A DNA stretch of 64,000 nt from an uncultured delta proteobacterium (GTDB lineage: Bacteria > Myxococcota > Myxococcia > Myxococcales > Myxococcaceae), in NCBI GenBank assembly GCA_963776345.1, contig CAVZMH010000009.1, positions 8,979-72,978 on the forward strand, in the 5' to 3' direction. Position 1 is the first letter of the stretch. Each line of letters opens with the position of its first letter. Shown here one piece after another: positions 29,426 through 40,818 of this stretch. Below the pieces are notes generated by a model, which saw only the letters and a program-made list of their open reading frames with translations, ran no database searches and had not been told where the DNA came from. A program made the translations under genes and the position numbers.

Positions 29426-30502
29426 ATGCCCACCGACAAGGACGTGCTCGCAGCGCTGAGCACGGTGATGGACCCCGAGCTGAACGTGAGCCTGGTGCAG
29501 GCCGGGATGGTGAAGTCGGTCCGCGTCGAGGGCGGCCGGGTCTCCGCCACCATCGAGCTCACCACGCCGGCGTGCCCCCTCAAGGGGAAGATCCAGGCCG
29601 ACGCCGAGGCGGCGCTGAAGGCAGTGCCGGGAATCACCGGCCTCGACCTCACTTGGGGCGCCCAGGTCCGCGGCCAGCCCCAGGGTGCGGGGATGCTCCC
29701 GGGGGTGAAGAACATCATCCTCGTCGGCGCCGGCAAGGGTGGAGTGGGGAAGAGCACCGTGGCGGTGAACCTCGCCGTGGCGCTGGCGAGGCACGGGGCC
29801 AGCGTGGGCCTGCTCGACGCCGACTTCTACGGGCCCTCGGTGCCGATGATGACCGGCCTGTCGGACCAGCGGCCGGTGAGCCCGGACGGGAAGCGGCTCG
29901 AGCCGCTGGAGGCGCTGGGGATGAAGGTGATGTCGCTGGGCTTCCTGGTCGAGCCGGACCAGGCGCTCATCTGGCGGGGGCCGATGCTCCACGGCGCGCT
30001 CCAGCAGCTGCTTCGCGACGTGAACTGGGGCGCGCTCGACTACCTGGTGATGGACATGCCGCCGGGCACCGGCGACGTGGCGCTCACCGTCTCCCAGAGC
30101 ATCCGGGCCACCGGCGCGGTCCTGGTGACCACCCCCCAGGACGTGGCGCTGGCCGACGTGGTCCGGGCCAAGCAGATGTTCGACAAGGTGCACATCCCGG
30201 TGCTGGGCATCGTGGAGAACATGAGCACGTTCGTCTGCCCGCACTGCCACGTCGCGACGCCCATCTTCCACCACGGGGGCGGGCGCCGCGCCGCGGAGCT
30301 GTTCGGCGTGCCGTTCCTGGGCGAGATCCCGCTCGTGCTCCAGATCCGCGTGGGCGGCGACGATGGGCGCCCCGTGGTCGCGGCCCACCCGGAGTCGGCG
30401 GAGGCCCAGGCCTTCGTCGCGGTGGCCCGGGCGGTGGCCGGCCGGGTGTCGGTGGCCAACGGCGTCCGCCCGCCGGGGGCGGCCGTCCCCGCGGCGAGCT
30501 AG
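29426..30502 (+). CDS. apbC: Mrp/ApbC/NBP35 Fe-S cluster carrier ATPase
   Basis: N-terminal DUF59 (DPEL...LTTPACP), GKGGVGKS, DMPPGTGD, ENMS...CPHC. Confidence 0.95.
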   Translation: MPTDKDVLAALSTVMDPELNVSLVQAGMVKSVRVEGGRVSATIELTTPACPLKGKIQADAEAALKAVPGITGLDLTWGAQVRGQPQGAGMLPGVKNIILVGAGKGGVGKSTVAVNLAVALARHGASVGLLDADFYGPSVPMMTGLSDQRPVSPDGKRLEPLEALGMKVMSLGFLVEPDQALIWRGPMLHGALQQLLRDVNWGALDYLVMDMPPGTGDVALTVSQSIRATGAVLVTTPQDVALADVVRAKQMFDKVHIPVLGIVENMSTFVCPHCHVATPIFHHGGGRRAAELFGVPFLGEIPLVLQIRVGGDDGRPVVAAHPESAEAQAFVAVARAVAGRVSVANGVRPPGAAVPAAS

Positions 30503-30515
30503 GCTCTCGCCCCGG

Positions 30516-30953
30516 ATGGCGGACGCTCCCCAGGACCAGGACGACCTCGGCGTGGACGCGCCGGAGGCCCACGCCGACGTGGCCCGCGGCCCGATCGTCG
30601 AGCTGATGCGCAAGGTCGCCTTCGCCGGCCTGGGCGCGCTGTTCATGACCGAGGAGGGGCTCCGCTCGCTCGCCGGACAGCTCAAGCTCCCCAAGGAGGC
30701 GCTGGGCTTCGTCCTCTCGCAGGCCGAGCGGACCAAGGACGAGGTGGGGCGCGTGCTGTCGGAGGAGGTCCGCCGCTTCCTCCGCTCGGACAAGCTCCGG
30801 GCGGATTTCCTGCAGCTGCTCTCGGGCATGCGGGTGGAGGTGACGGCCCACGTGCGGCTGGTCCCCGACCCCGAGCGCAAGCCCGGTGAGCCGCCGAGGC
30901 CCCAGGTCGAGGTGACCAGCGTGCGCACCAGGGGCAGGAAGAAGCCGGACTGA
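30516..30953 (+). CDS. Hypothetical protein (phasin-like N-terminal helix)
   Basis: KVAFAGLGALFMTEE; GC3-consistent frame. Confidence 0.7.
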   Translation: MADAPQDQDDLGVDAPEAHADVARGPIVELMRKVAFAGLGALFMTEEGLRSLAGQLKLPKEALGFVLSQAERTKDEVGRVLSEEVRRFLRSDKLRADFLQLLSGMRVEVTAHVRLVPDPERKPGEPPRPQVEVTSVRTRGRKKPD

Positions 30954-31348
30954 TGTCCTCCAGCGGGCCGGAGCCGGCGGCGAGCCTCGCCGACCGGCCG
31001 CGCCTCCTGCGGCGCCTCGTTCCGCTGGCGCTGGTGGGCGTGGGACTTCTGCTCTGGCGCAGCCCGCTCCTGCCACAACCGCACACGCTGGTGTGGGACC
31101 GACCGTTCGGTCTGGAGGTGGCCTCCGCCGAGGTCCAGCTCTGGCGCGGGGACACGTTGCTCGCCCGGGCGGAATGGCCCGACGCATCCAGGGGAACGCT
31201 CACCCAGGAGCTGACGCTCCGGAAGGGGCCGGTGCGCGTGCTGACCTTCGCCCGGCTGCGCGACGGCACCGAGCACCGCGGCGTCCAGGAGCTCGAGCTC
31301 GGCGGCGAGGAGGTGGTCCACGCACCGCTCCTCCCCGGCGGGCGTTGA
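30953..31348 (+). CDS. Hypothetical membrane-anchored protein
   Basis: TGATG coupling to the upstream gene; one TM helix. Confidence 0.6.
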   Translation: MSSSGPEPAASLADRPRLLRRLVPLALVGVGLLLWRSPLLPQPHTLVWDRPFGLEVASAEVQLWRGDTLLARAEWPDASRGTLTQELTLRKGPVRVLTFARLRDGTEHRGVQELELGGEEVVHAPLLPGGR

Positions 31349-31393
31349 CCGGCCCCGAGCGCCGACAGTAGAGAGCCGGGCCGAGGCGGGACG

Positions 31394-32248
<855 letters not shown>

Positions 32249-32258
32249 GGGAGGCACC

Positions 32259-33041
32259 ATGGCCGAGGTGAACGTCCGGGTGGAGGTCGAGGGGCCCTTC
32301 GCCACGGTGACGGTGGATCGCCCCAAGTCGCTGAACGCGCTCGACACCCGCACCCTCGAGGAGCTGGAGAAGGCGGCGGGTGACCTCGCCCAGCGCGCGG
32401 ACCTGCGCGGGGTCATCGTGACCGGGGCGGGGGAGAAGGCCTTCGTCGCCGGCGCGGACATCGCCGAGATGCAGGGCATGAACTCCGATCGCGCGCGCCA
32501 CTTCGGCGCCCTCGGCCAGCGGGTGATGGACGCCATCGCCGCGCTCCCCATGCCGGTGGTGGCGGCGGTGAACGGGTTCGCGCTCGGCGGCGGCTGCGAG
32601 CTCGCCCTGGCCTGCGACTTCATCTACGCCTCCGAGAACGCCAAGTTCGGGCTCCCGGAGGTCAGCCTGGGCATCCTCCCGGGCTTCGGGGGGACGCAGC
32701 GGCTCAGCCGGCTCGTCGGGCGCGCAAGGGCCAAGGAGCTCATCTGCACCGGCGACATGATCGACGCCGCCAGGGCCAAGGAGATCGGCCTGGCGCTGGA
32801 CGTCGTTCCCCTGGCGCGGCTCCTGTCGCACGCCCGGGCCGCGCTGGAGCGGGTGGCCAAGAAGGGCCCGCTGGCCGTCCGCCGCGCCAAGGAGGCCATC
32901 GACCGCGGGGCGGAGCTCGAGCTCGCCGACGGCCTGCGCATCGAGCGGGAGGTGTTCTCCGACCTCTTCGACTCCGCGGACCGGCACGAGGGGATGAAGG
33001 CGTTTCTCGAGAAGCGGCCCCCCGTATTCACCGGCCGCTAG
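32259..33041 (+). CDS. crt: Short-chain enoyl-CoA hydratase (crotonase)
   Basis: AFVAGADI, GGGCELAL, PEVSLGILPGFGGTQRL. Confidence 0.88.
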   Translation: MAEVNVRVEVEGPFATVTVDRPKSLNALDTRTLEELEKAAGDLAQRADLRGVIVTGAGEKAFVAGADIAEMQGMNSDRARHFGALGQRVMDAIAALPMPVVAAVNGFALGGGCELALACDFIYASENAKFGLPEVSLGILPGFGGTQRLSRLVGRARAKELICTGDMIDAARAKEIGLALDVVPLARLLSHARAALERVAKKGPLAVRRAKEAIDRGAELELADGLRIEREVFSDLFDSADRHEGMKAFLEKRPPVFTGR

Positions 33042-33053
33042 CACGACCAGCGA

Positions 33054-34193
<1,140 letters not shown>

Positions 34194-34197
<4 letters not shown>

Positions 34198-34613
34198 ACG
34201 TGCTCATCCCGCTGCTGCTCGCCCTCGCTGCCGCCCCCGACGCCGGGACGACGGCCTCGCCCATCGTCGCTCCTGCCACGCCCGCCCGCGGGTCGGGTCC
34301 GGAGAAGCTTCCCTTCACCCCCGACACGATCCGGGAGGTGGTCCGCGCCAAGCAGCCGGAGATCGAACGCTGCTGGGAGCAGACCCTGGCCGGCCAGGAG
34401 AAGCCGGTCGAGGGAAAGCTCCAGACGCACTTCGTCATCACCCCCGCGGGGACGGTGAGGCAGGCGAAGGTGGTGAAGAAGGGCACCACCTTGAAGAACG
34501 ACGCCCTGCACCGGTGCGTGGAGACGGTGCTCTCCACCATGGTCTTCCCCACGCCCCCGGACGGGAAGGACCACCCGGTGGAGTACCCGTTCAACCTCAA
34601 GGCCGTGCGCTGA
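34194..34613 (+). CDS. Small exported AgmX/PglI C-terminal (TonB-C-like) domain protein
   Basis: Signal peptide, IERCW...GKLQTHFVI...CV...FP.P...VEYPF. Confidence 0.8.
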
Positions 34614-35752
34614 TGCGGCTGGAGTTGACCGAGACGCAGGCCCTGGTCCGCAACACCGCCCGGACCTTCGCCCGGGAGCGGGTCGCGCCCGGGGCCCGCG
34701 AGCGGGACAGGACCGAGGCCTTCCCGACCGAGCTGCTGCGCGAGATGGCGGAGCTCGGGCTTCTGGGCGTCAACGTTCCCGCGGAGTACGGCGGCGCAGA
34801 GGCCGGGGCCACCGCCTATGCACTGGCGATGATGGAGATCGCCGAGGCCTGCGCGTCGACCGCGGTCACGATGGCGGTCACCAACATGTGCGCCGAGCTG
34901 ATCACCGCCTTCGGCACCGAGGCGCAGAAGAAGCGGTCCGTGACCCGGCTGACCTCGGGCGAGGCGGTGGCCGGGGCGTTCGCGCTCTCGGAGGCCCAGG
35001 CCGGGAGCGACGTCTCGGCGCTGGAGACCCGAGCCGAGCGCCAGGGTGACGGGTGGGTGCTGAACGGCACCAAGCAGTGGATCACCTCGGGCGACCGGGC
35101 CGGGGTGATGGTCGTCTGGGCCCGGACCGGCGCGCCCGGCGCGGGCGGGCTCTCGGCCTTCATCGTCGATGGCGGCACACCCGGGCTCCAGGTGGGCCGC
35201 CACGAGGACAAGATGGGCCTCCGGGCCTCCACCACGGTGCCGCTCCAGTTCGAGGACTGCCGGCTCCCCGCCGATGCGCTGCTCGGGCAGGAGGGGCAGG
35301 GGTTCAGGCTGGCGATGATGGCGCTGGACGGCGGGCGGATCGGCATCGCCTCGCAGGCCTGCGGGGTCGCGCGGGCGGCGCTCTTGGCCACGGTGCGCTA
35401 CACCAAGGAGCGAAGGGCGTTCGGGAAGCCCGTGGCCGACTTCCAGGCCGTGCGCTTCATGCTCGCCAACATCCGGACCGAGCTCGCCGCGGCGGAGCTC
35501 CTCACCCTGCGGGCGGCAGGGCTGAAGGAGTCGGGCCGGCCGTTCACCCGGGAAGCCTCGATGGCGAAGGTCTTCGCCTCGGAGATGGCCAACCGGGCCG
35601 CCGACAAGGCCGTCCAGCTCCACGGCGGATACGGGTACATCGACGAGTTTCCCGTCGAGCGGCATCTCCGCGACGCGCGGGTGCAGACCATCTACGAGGG
35701 GACCAGTGAGATCCAGCGGGTGGTCATCGCGCGGGAGCTGCTCAGAGGCTGA
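34613..35752 (+). CDS. Acyl-CoA dehydrogenase
   Basis: [38 protein letters not shown]. Confidence 0.95.
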   Translation: MRLELTETQALVRNTARTFARERVAPGARERDRTEAFPTELLREMAELGLLGVNVPAEYGGAEAGATAYALAMMEIAEACASTAVTMAVTNMCAELITAFGTEAQKKRSVTRLTSGEAVAGAFALSEAQAGSDVSALETRAERQGDGWVLNGTKQWITSGDRAGVMVVWARTGAPGAGGLSAFIVDGGTPGLQVGRHEDKMGLRASTTVPLQFEDCRLPADALLGQEGQGFRLAMMALDGGRIGIASQACGVARAALLATVRYTKERRAFGKPVADFQAVRFMLANIRTELAAAELLTLRAAGLKESGRPFTREASMAKVFASEMANRAADKAVQLHGGYGYIDEFPVERHLRDARVQTIYEGTSEIQRVVIARELLRG

Positions 35753-35876
35753 GCCGCCCGGTGGCGGGTCCAGCGGCTGGCCTCGGTGGGACGCGGGAGC
35801 CACCAGCGGCCGGGCAAGGCGCCTGGACGTGGGGCCTCCGTGAACCCGGCGCGCTCAGGGGAGACACGGTGATCTT

Positions 35877-36203
35877 GCGGTTTCGCGGAGGCGGTTCAGG
35901 AAACAGTTTGGGACGGTCCCTCCGGGGCGTGGTCGCGAGGTCCTTTTCGGCGTTCGATTCGGTTTCGCGGAGCTCGTCCAGGAAACAGTTCCAGCGTGTT
36001 CAACTCGAGCGGAAGGGCCGTATTCACCTGGGCCCGGGGGATGCCGGCCCACCGGTCCGCTGGCCGGAGGCGGTTCCAGCCCCGGCAGACGTGTTTCGGG
36101 AGCGGCGTTCGCGAAACCGTTTGGGACGTCTCCGAGGACCTTGCGACCACGCCCCGGAGGGACCGTCCCAAAGTGTTTCGGGAACACGCTTCCCGAAACC
36201 GCA
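35877..36203. repeat. Long inverted repeat (two ~114-bp arms) with four GTTTC-N15-GAAAC boxes
   Basis: TTTGGGACGGTCCCTCCGGGGCGTGGTCGCGAGGTCCT (35907-35944) matches the reverse complement of 36135-36172 with one mismatch; boxes start at 35880, 35962, 36093 and 36175. Confidence 0.85.
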
Positions 36204-36422
36204 GGTCGCTCTCGTCCCGGGGTGGTCGTCGCTCCCCGCTGGTTCCTTCGATCCCCATCGACTCACTTCTCGCGCCGCGGCGCGGTTGAGGAATCGATCG
36301 ACGAGCTCTTCGAGAGATCGGCAGGTGGACGATCTCTAGCCGGTCCAGGAGCTTTCGGCGAAAACCGTTGCCCGCGGCGCCGCTCGAGCGCCGGAAGCCG
36401 AACGCTTCCAGCCGTCCGCGGA

Positions 36423-38339
36423 CTAGCCAATTCCGAACCGGGCGAGGAGCTCGGGCAGGCGCTCCGCGAGGCCCAGGCGCGCGGCGGCGGACTCGAGCAT
36501 CCGCCGCTCCTGCCGGTCCACCTTGCCGTCGATGAGCGCCATCTGCACCAGCGAGCGGAGGAAGCTCTCGCCCCCGGGCCCGCGCTGGGGCACCAGCCGC
36601 TCGAAGAGCGCCGGGTCGGCGTTCAGCGCCAGCTCCACGTTCTCGAACGGCACCCCCCAGCGCTCGGCGCAGAGCTTGAGCATCCGCCGCTCGCGGTCGT
36701 CCACCGCGCCGTCCGCCGCCGCCATCGCCGCCATCGTGTAGAGCAGCCTCTGCCGCTCCGCCGCGTCCAGGACCGTGTCCCGCGGCGCGTGACCCGGAAC
36801 CGCTGCCTGGGACGGGGCCTGCGTCCGGGACCGGGCCGCCCACAGCTCGAACGGCTCGGCGCGCGTCAGGACCCAGTCGTGCGCGCCGTCGTTCAGCGTC
36901 GCGCCGCAGTGGTCGCAGGTGGGTTGCACCGAGTCCCCGAGCGGCGCACCGCAGTTGCCGCACCGGGCGGTCGCCATGCCCCGCGCTTGGTCGGTCTTCA
37001 CCCCGGCCTTCCGGGCGAGCGTGAAGATCCACCGCTGGGGCAGGGTGGCCAGCGTCCCGGGCGACGCCCCGTCCGGAACCACCCCCATGCGCGCGCTCCA
37101 GCGGATCTCCACGTGCGCCAGCGTCGTCGACGCCCCCTGCTCGATGGCGCGGACCGCCACGCTGCCCACCGCGGCCTGCAGGAACACCCGGGTGCGCTGG
37201 CGGCCTCGCAGCGCGGCCATGTCGGCCGACATCTCGGCCAGGAAGTCCGCCGTGGCCAGCTTCGCCATCCGGGGCGGCTCGCCCCGGGACTGGGCGTCGA
37301 TCCAGCCCCAGAAGAGCAGCGAGGCCCGGTCCTCCAGCACCTCGAGCGACAGCGCCGGGTCCTCGGCACGGAGCCCGTCCAGCCCGGGCACCTCGGGCGG
37401 CGCGCTGCCCGCCTCGATGCCCTGGGTGATCTCGCTCAGCACCCAGTCGTAGGCGCCGCTGTTGACGATCGCCCCGCAGTACGTGCAGTTGCCCGCCGCG
37501 CCCCCGTCGAACGGGGCCCCGCAGTTGGGGCACTTCCCCGGCGGAAGCACCCCGTCCTTGCGCGAGCGGGTGCCCGGGCGGCGGACGAACGACCAGACCT
37601 CGGTGAACGCCTCGAGCGGCGCACGTTGCGCCTGCCCCCTCGCGTCCCCGGGTGACAGCCCAGCCGGCAGGTCCACGTCACGGGCCTGGGCGCGGATGCG
37701 CACGTCCAGGGTGTCGAACGCCGCCGTCCGCTCGAGGCCCACCGGCTGGAGATCCAGCACCGCCATGTCCGCGGTGACGTTCCGGACGTTCTGCGAGCGC
37801 AGCAGTTCGAGCTGCACCCGGAGCCGCTGGAAGGTCGCGTCCGAGAGGTCCCGCCGGACCGGCGCGAGGTCTCCCTCGGCCCACGCCGCCTGCACCCGCA
37901 GGAAGAGCGCCTTGACCTGGTCCAGGAACGCCACCAGGTCGAAGCCCGGGTCCGAGGCACGGAGCGCGTCCACCCAGCCGGTGACCTCGCGCGCGGCCGG
38001 CTGCGCCGGCCCCCGCGCGTCCGCCGCCTCGAACGCCCGCTGGGTGCTGGCCGTCGCCCCGAAGCTCCGGGTGTACGCCCGCCAGACCACGAAGGCCACG
38101 CCGAGCATCGCCAGGCTGAACAGCGGGTGGTTCAGAAAGAAGAGGATGAGCCCGAGGTCGCCGCCCGAGGACGAGCCCCCGCCGCCCGACCAGCTCCCCG
38201 AGCCGCTCGAGCTCGAGGAGTGCGATCCGGACGAGCTCGAGCTGTGGGAGCCGCTGTAGTGCTGCCCGCCACCGACCCGCGCGAGCGCGGGCGTGGCCAG
38301 CGTCAGGAACAGGGCGAAGAGACTCGCGCGTCGGTTCAT
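36423..38339 (-). CDS. Membrane protein: Ser/Gly-rich N-terminus, TM helix, duplicated Tim44-like domain + zinc ribbon, C-terminal TerB-like domain
   Basis: [11 protein letters not shown]..., DPGFDLVAF...[42 protein letters not shown] and [12 protein letters not shown]. Confidence 0.85.
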   Translation of the reverse strand: MNRRASLFALFLTLATPALARVGGGQHYSGSHSSSSSGSHSSSSSGSGSWSGGGGSSSGGDLGLILFFLNHPLFSLAMLGVAFVVWRAYTRSFGATASTQRAFEAADARGPAQPAAREVTGWVDALRASDPGFDLVAFLDQVKALFLRVQAAWAEGDLAPVRRDLSDATFQRLRVQLELLRSQNVRNVTADMAVLDLQPVGLERTAAFDTLDVRIRAQARDVDLPAGLSPGDARGQAQRAPLEAFTEVWSFVRRPGTRSRKDGVLPPGKCPNCGAPFDGGAAGNCTYCGAIVNSGAYDWVLSEITQGIEAGSAPPEVPGLDGLRAEDPALSLEVLEDRASLLFWGWIDAQSRGEPPRMAKLATADFLAEMSADMAALRGRQRTRVFLQAAVGSVAVRAIEQGASTTLAHVEIRWSARMGVVPDGASPGTLATLPQRWIFTLARKAGVKTDQARGMATARCGNCGAPLGDSVQPTCDHCGATLNDGAHDWVLTRAEPFELWAARSRTQAPSQAAVPGHAPRDTVLDAAERQRLLYTMAAMAAADGAVDDRERRMLKLCAERWGVPFENVELALNADPALFERLVPQRGPGGESFLRSLVQMALIDGKVDRQERRMLESAAARLGLAERLPELLARFGIG

Positions 38340-38453
38340 CGTCGCCGGGCCCCGGCGAGGGGTCAGTGTAACGGGGGGACGCTCCGTCTTGCCATCCGGG
38401 GCCGGGTCGACCTAGCTGCGTCCGGGCTGCAGACGCCTAGGGAGATTGCACAC

Positions 38454-39230
38454 ATGGGGACGTTCCGGGAGGACCGCCGCGGACCGGTGGAGATCTGGAC
38501 GCTCGACGCCGAGGACACGCGCAACGCCATCAGCCGCGCCGTGCTCGCCGAGCTCGAGGCCCGCGTGGCGCGCGTCTCCGGCGGCCAGGAGGTCCGGGCG
38601 GTGGTGCTCACCGGCGCCGGGGACAAGGCCTTCTGTGCCGGCGCGGACCTGAAGGAGCGCGCCACCATGTCCGAGCCCGAGGTGCGCGCCTTCCTCGGCG
38701 GCCTGCGCCGCACCCTCCGCGCCATCGAGACCGGTCGCACCGTCTTCATCGCCGCCCTGAACGGCTCGGCCCTGGGCGGGGGCACCGAGCTGGCGCTGGC
38801 CTGCGACCTGCGCATCGCCGCCCCGGCCGCGGAGCTCGGCCTCACCGAGGTGCGCCTGGGCATCATCCCCGGCGGCGGCGGAACGCAGCGGCTGCCCCGG
38901 CTGGTCGGCCCGGGGAGGGCCAAGGACCTCATCCTCACCGGGCGGAGGCTCAACGCCGCCGAGGCCTTTGCCATCGGGCTCGTCCAGCGCCTCGCCCCGG
39001 AGGGACGGCTGCTCGAGGTCGCGCTCGGCGTCGCCGAGCAGATCGCCGAGAACGCCCCGCTGGCGGTCGCCGCGGCCAAGCGCGCGGTGGACCGCGGCCT
39101 GGATCTGGAGCTGGACGCCGGCCTGGCCCTGGAGCTGGAGCAGTACGAGACGGTCCTCCGCTCCGAGGACCGCCTCGAGGGGCTGCGGGCCTTCGCCGAG
39201 AAGCGTCGGCCCCTCTGGAAGGGGCGCTAG
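38454..39230 (+). CDS. Enoyl-CoA hydratase, methylglutaconyl-CoA hydratase (LiuC)-like
   Basis: [42 protein letters not shown]. Confidence 0.88.
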   Translation: MGTFREDRRGPVEIWTLDAEDTRNAISRAVLAELEARVARVSGGQEVRAVVLTGAGDKAFCAGADLKERATMSEPEVRAFLGGLRRTLRAIETGRTVFIAALNGSALGGGTELALACDLRIAAPAAELGLTEVRLGIIPGGGGTQRLPRLVGPGRAKDLILTGRRLNAAEAFAIGLVQRLAPEGRLLEVALGVAEQIAENAPLAVAAAKRAVDRGLDLELDAGLALELEQYETVLRSEDRLEGLRAFAEKRRPLWKGR

Positions 39231-39252
39231 ACGTGGTAAGGCCCCACGCCGC

Positions 39253-40782
39253 ATGCCAGCCGACGACACCCTGCGCGCGCGCCGCGCCCGGATCCGGGAG
39301 GGCGGGGCGCCCAAGTACCACGCCAAGAACGCCGAGACAGGCAAGCTTTTCGCCAGAGAACGGATTTCCCGGTTGCTGGATCCGGGCTCCTTCATCGAGG
39401 ACGGAAGCTTCGCCAACGCTGCCGATCCGGAGCTTCCCGCCGACGGCGTGGTGACCGGACTGGGGAAGATCGGCGGCCGCACCGTCGCCCTGATGGCCAA
39501 CGACTCCACGGTGAAGGCCGGGAGCTGGGGCGCACGCACCGTGGAGAAGATCCTCCGGATCCAGGAGACCGCCCGCAGCCTCCGCGTGCCACTGCTCTAC
39601 CTGGTGGACTCGGCCGGCGCCCGCATCACCGACCAGGTGGAGATGTTCCCCGGCCGGCGCGGGGCAGGGCGGATCTTCTTCAACGAGGTTCAGCTGTCCG
39701 GCGAGGTGCCGCAGATTTGCCTGCTCTTCGGCCCGTCCGCCGCCGGCGGGGCATACATCCCTGCGTTCTGCGACCTGGTGATCATGGTCGAAGGGAACGC
39801 CTCGATGTACCTCGGCTCGCCCCGGATGGCCGAGATGGTCATCGGAGAGAAGGTGACTCTGGAGGAGATGGGCGGCGCCCGGATGCACTGCACGGTCTCC
39901 GGGTGCGGCGACGTGCTGGTGAAGACCGAGGACGAGGCCATCGCCGCCGCGCGCAGCTACCTCGCGTACTTCCCTCCCAGCTTCGCCGAACAGCCGCCCC
40001 TCGCCGAGCCGAAGCCGCCGGTGCGGTCGGGCAGGCGCATCGACGAGATCATCCCTGCCGACCAGAACAAGCCTTTCGACATGTTCGCCCTGATCCACGA
40101 GCTGGTCGACGCCGGCTCGTTCTTCGAGGTGAAGAAGCTCTTCGCCCAGGAGCTGATCACAGGGCTCGCCCGCATCGCCGGACGGCCGGTGGGCATCGTC
40201 GCCAACCAGCCCAAGTACAAGGGCGGGGTGCTGTTCGTGGACTCGGCGGACAAGGCGGCCCGCTTCATCTGGCTGTGCGACGCCTTCAACATCCCGCTCG
40301 TCTATCTGGCCGACGTCCCGGGCTTCATGATCGGCACCAAGGTGGAGCGCGCGGGAATCATCCGGGCCGGGGCGAAGATGGTCTCCGCGGTCTCCGAGGC
40401 CACCGTGCCCCGCATCTCGGTGGTGGTACGAAAGGCCTACGGCGCAGGGCTCTACGCCATGTCCGGCCCGGGCTTCGGGCCCGACGTGACCCTGGCGCTG
40501 CCCCAGGCGATGATCGCCGTCATGGGCCCCGAGGCGGCGGTGAACGCGGTCTATTTCAACAAGATCCAGGAGAAGCCCGAGGCCGAGCGGGCCGCCTACG
40601 TGCAGGCGCTCCGGGACGAGTACCGGGCCGACGTGGACCTCATGAAGCTCGCCTCCGAATTGGTGGTGGACGAGGTGGTCCCGGGAGACGAGCTCCGCGA
40701 CCAGCTGGAGCGCCGCCTCGAGGCCTATTCACGCCGCTTCCAGCCCCGTTCAGCCAAGAAGCACGGCGTGTTGCCGGTGTAG
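39253..40782 (+). CDS. Acyl-CoA carboxylase carboxyltransferase (beta) subunit, MCC/PCC type
   Basis: KLFARERI, DSAGARI, AAGGAY, DVPGFMIG, RKAYGAG. Confidence 0.93.
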   Translation: MPADDTLRARRARIREGGAPKYHAKNAETGKLFARERISRLLDPGSFIEDGSFANAADPELPADGVVTGLGKIGGRTVALMANDSTVKAGSWGARTVEKILRIQETARSLRVPLLYLVDSAGARITDQVEMFPGRRGAGRIFFNEVQLSGEVPQICLLFGPSAAGGAYIPAFCDLVIMVEGNASMYLGSPRMAEMVIGEKVTLEEMGGARMHCTVSGCGDVLVKTEDEAIAAARSYLAYFPPSFAEQPPLAEPKPPVRSGRRIDEIIPADQNKPFDMFALIHELVDAGSFFEVKKLFAQELITGLARIAGRPVGIVANQPKYKGGVLFVDSADKAARFIWLCDAFNIPLVYLADVPGFMIGTKVERAGIIRAGAKMVSAVSEATVPRISVVVRKAYGAGLYAMSGPGFGPDVTLALPQAMIAVMGPEAAVNAVYFNKIQEKPEAERAAYVQALRDEYRADVDLMKLASELVVDEVVPGDELRDQLERRLEAYSRRFQPRSAKKHGVLPV

Positions 40783-40818
40783 AGCGGCCCGGGGTATCAG
40801 GGGTTCTCCACGGACCGA

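Noticed and set aside
35880..36199. CRISPR array, since GTTTC...GAAAC resembles CRISPR repeat ends
   Set aside because: Units are 25 bp with variable interiors, the arrangement is inverted, the sequence between boxes is conserved rather than unique, and no cas genes are present.
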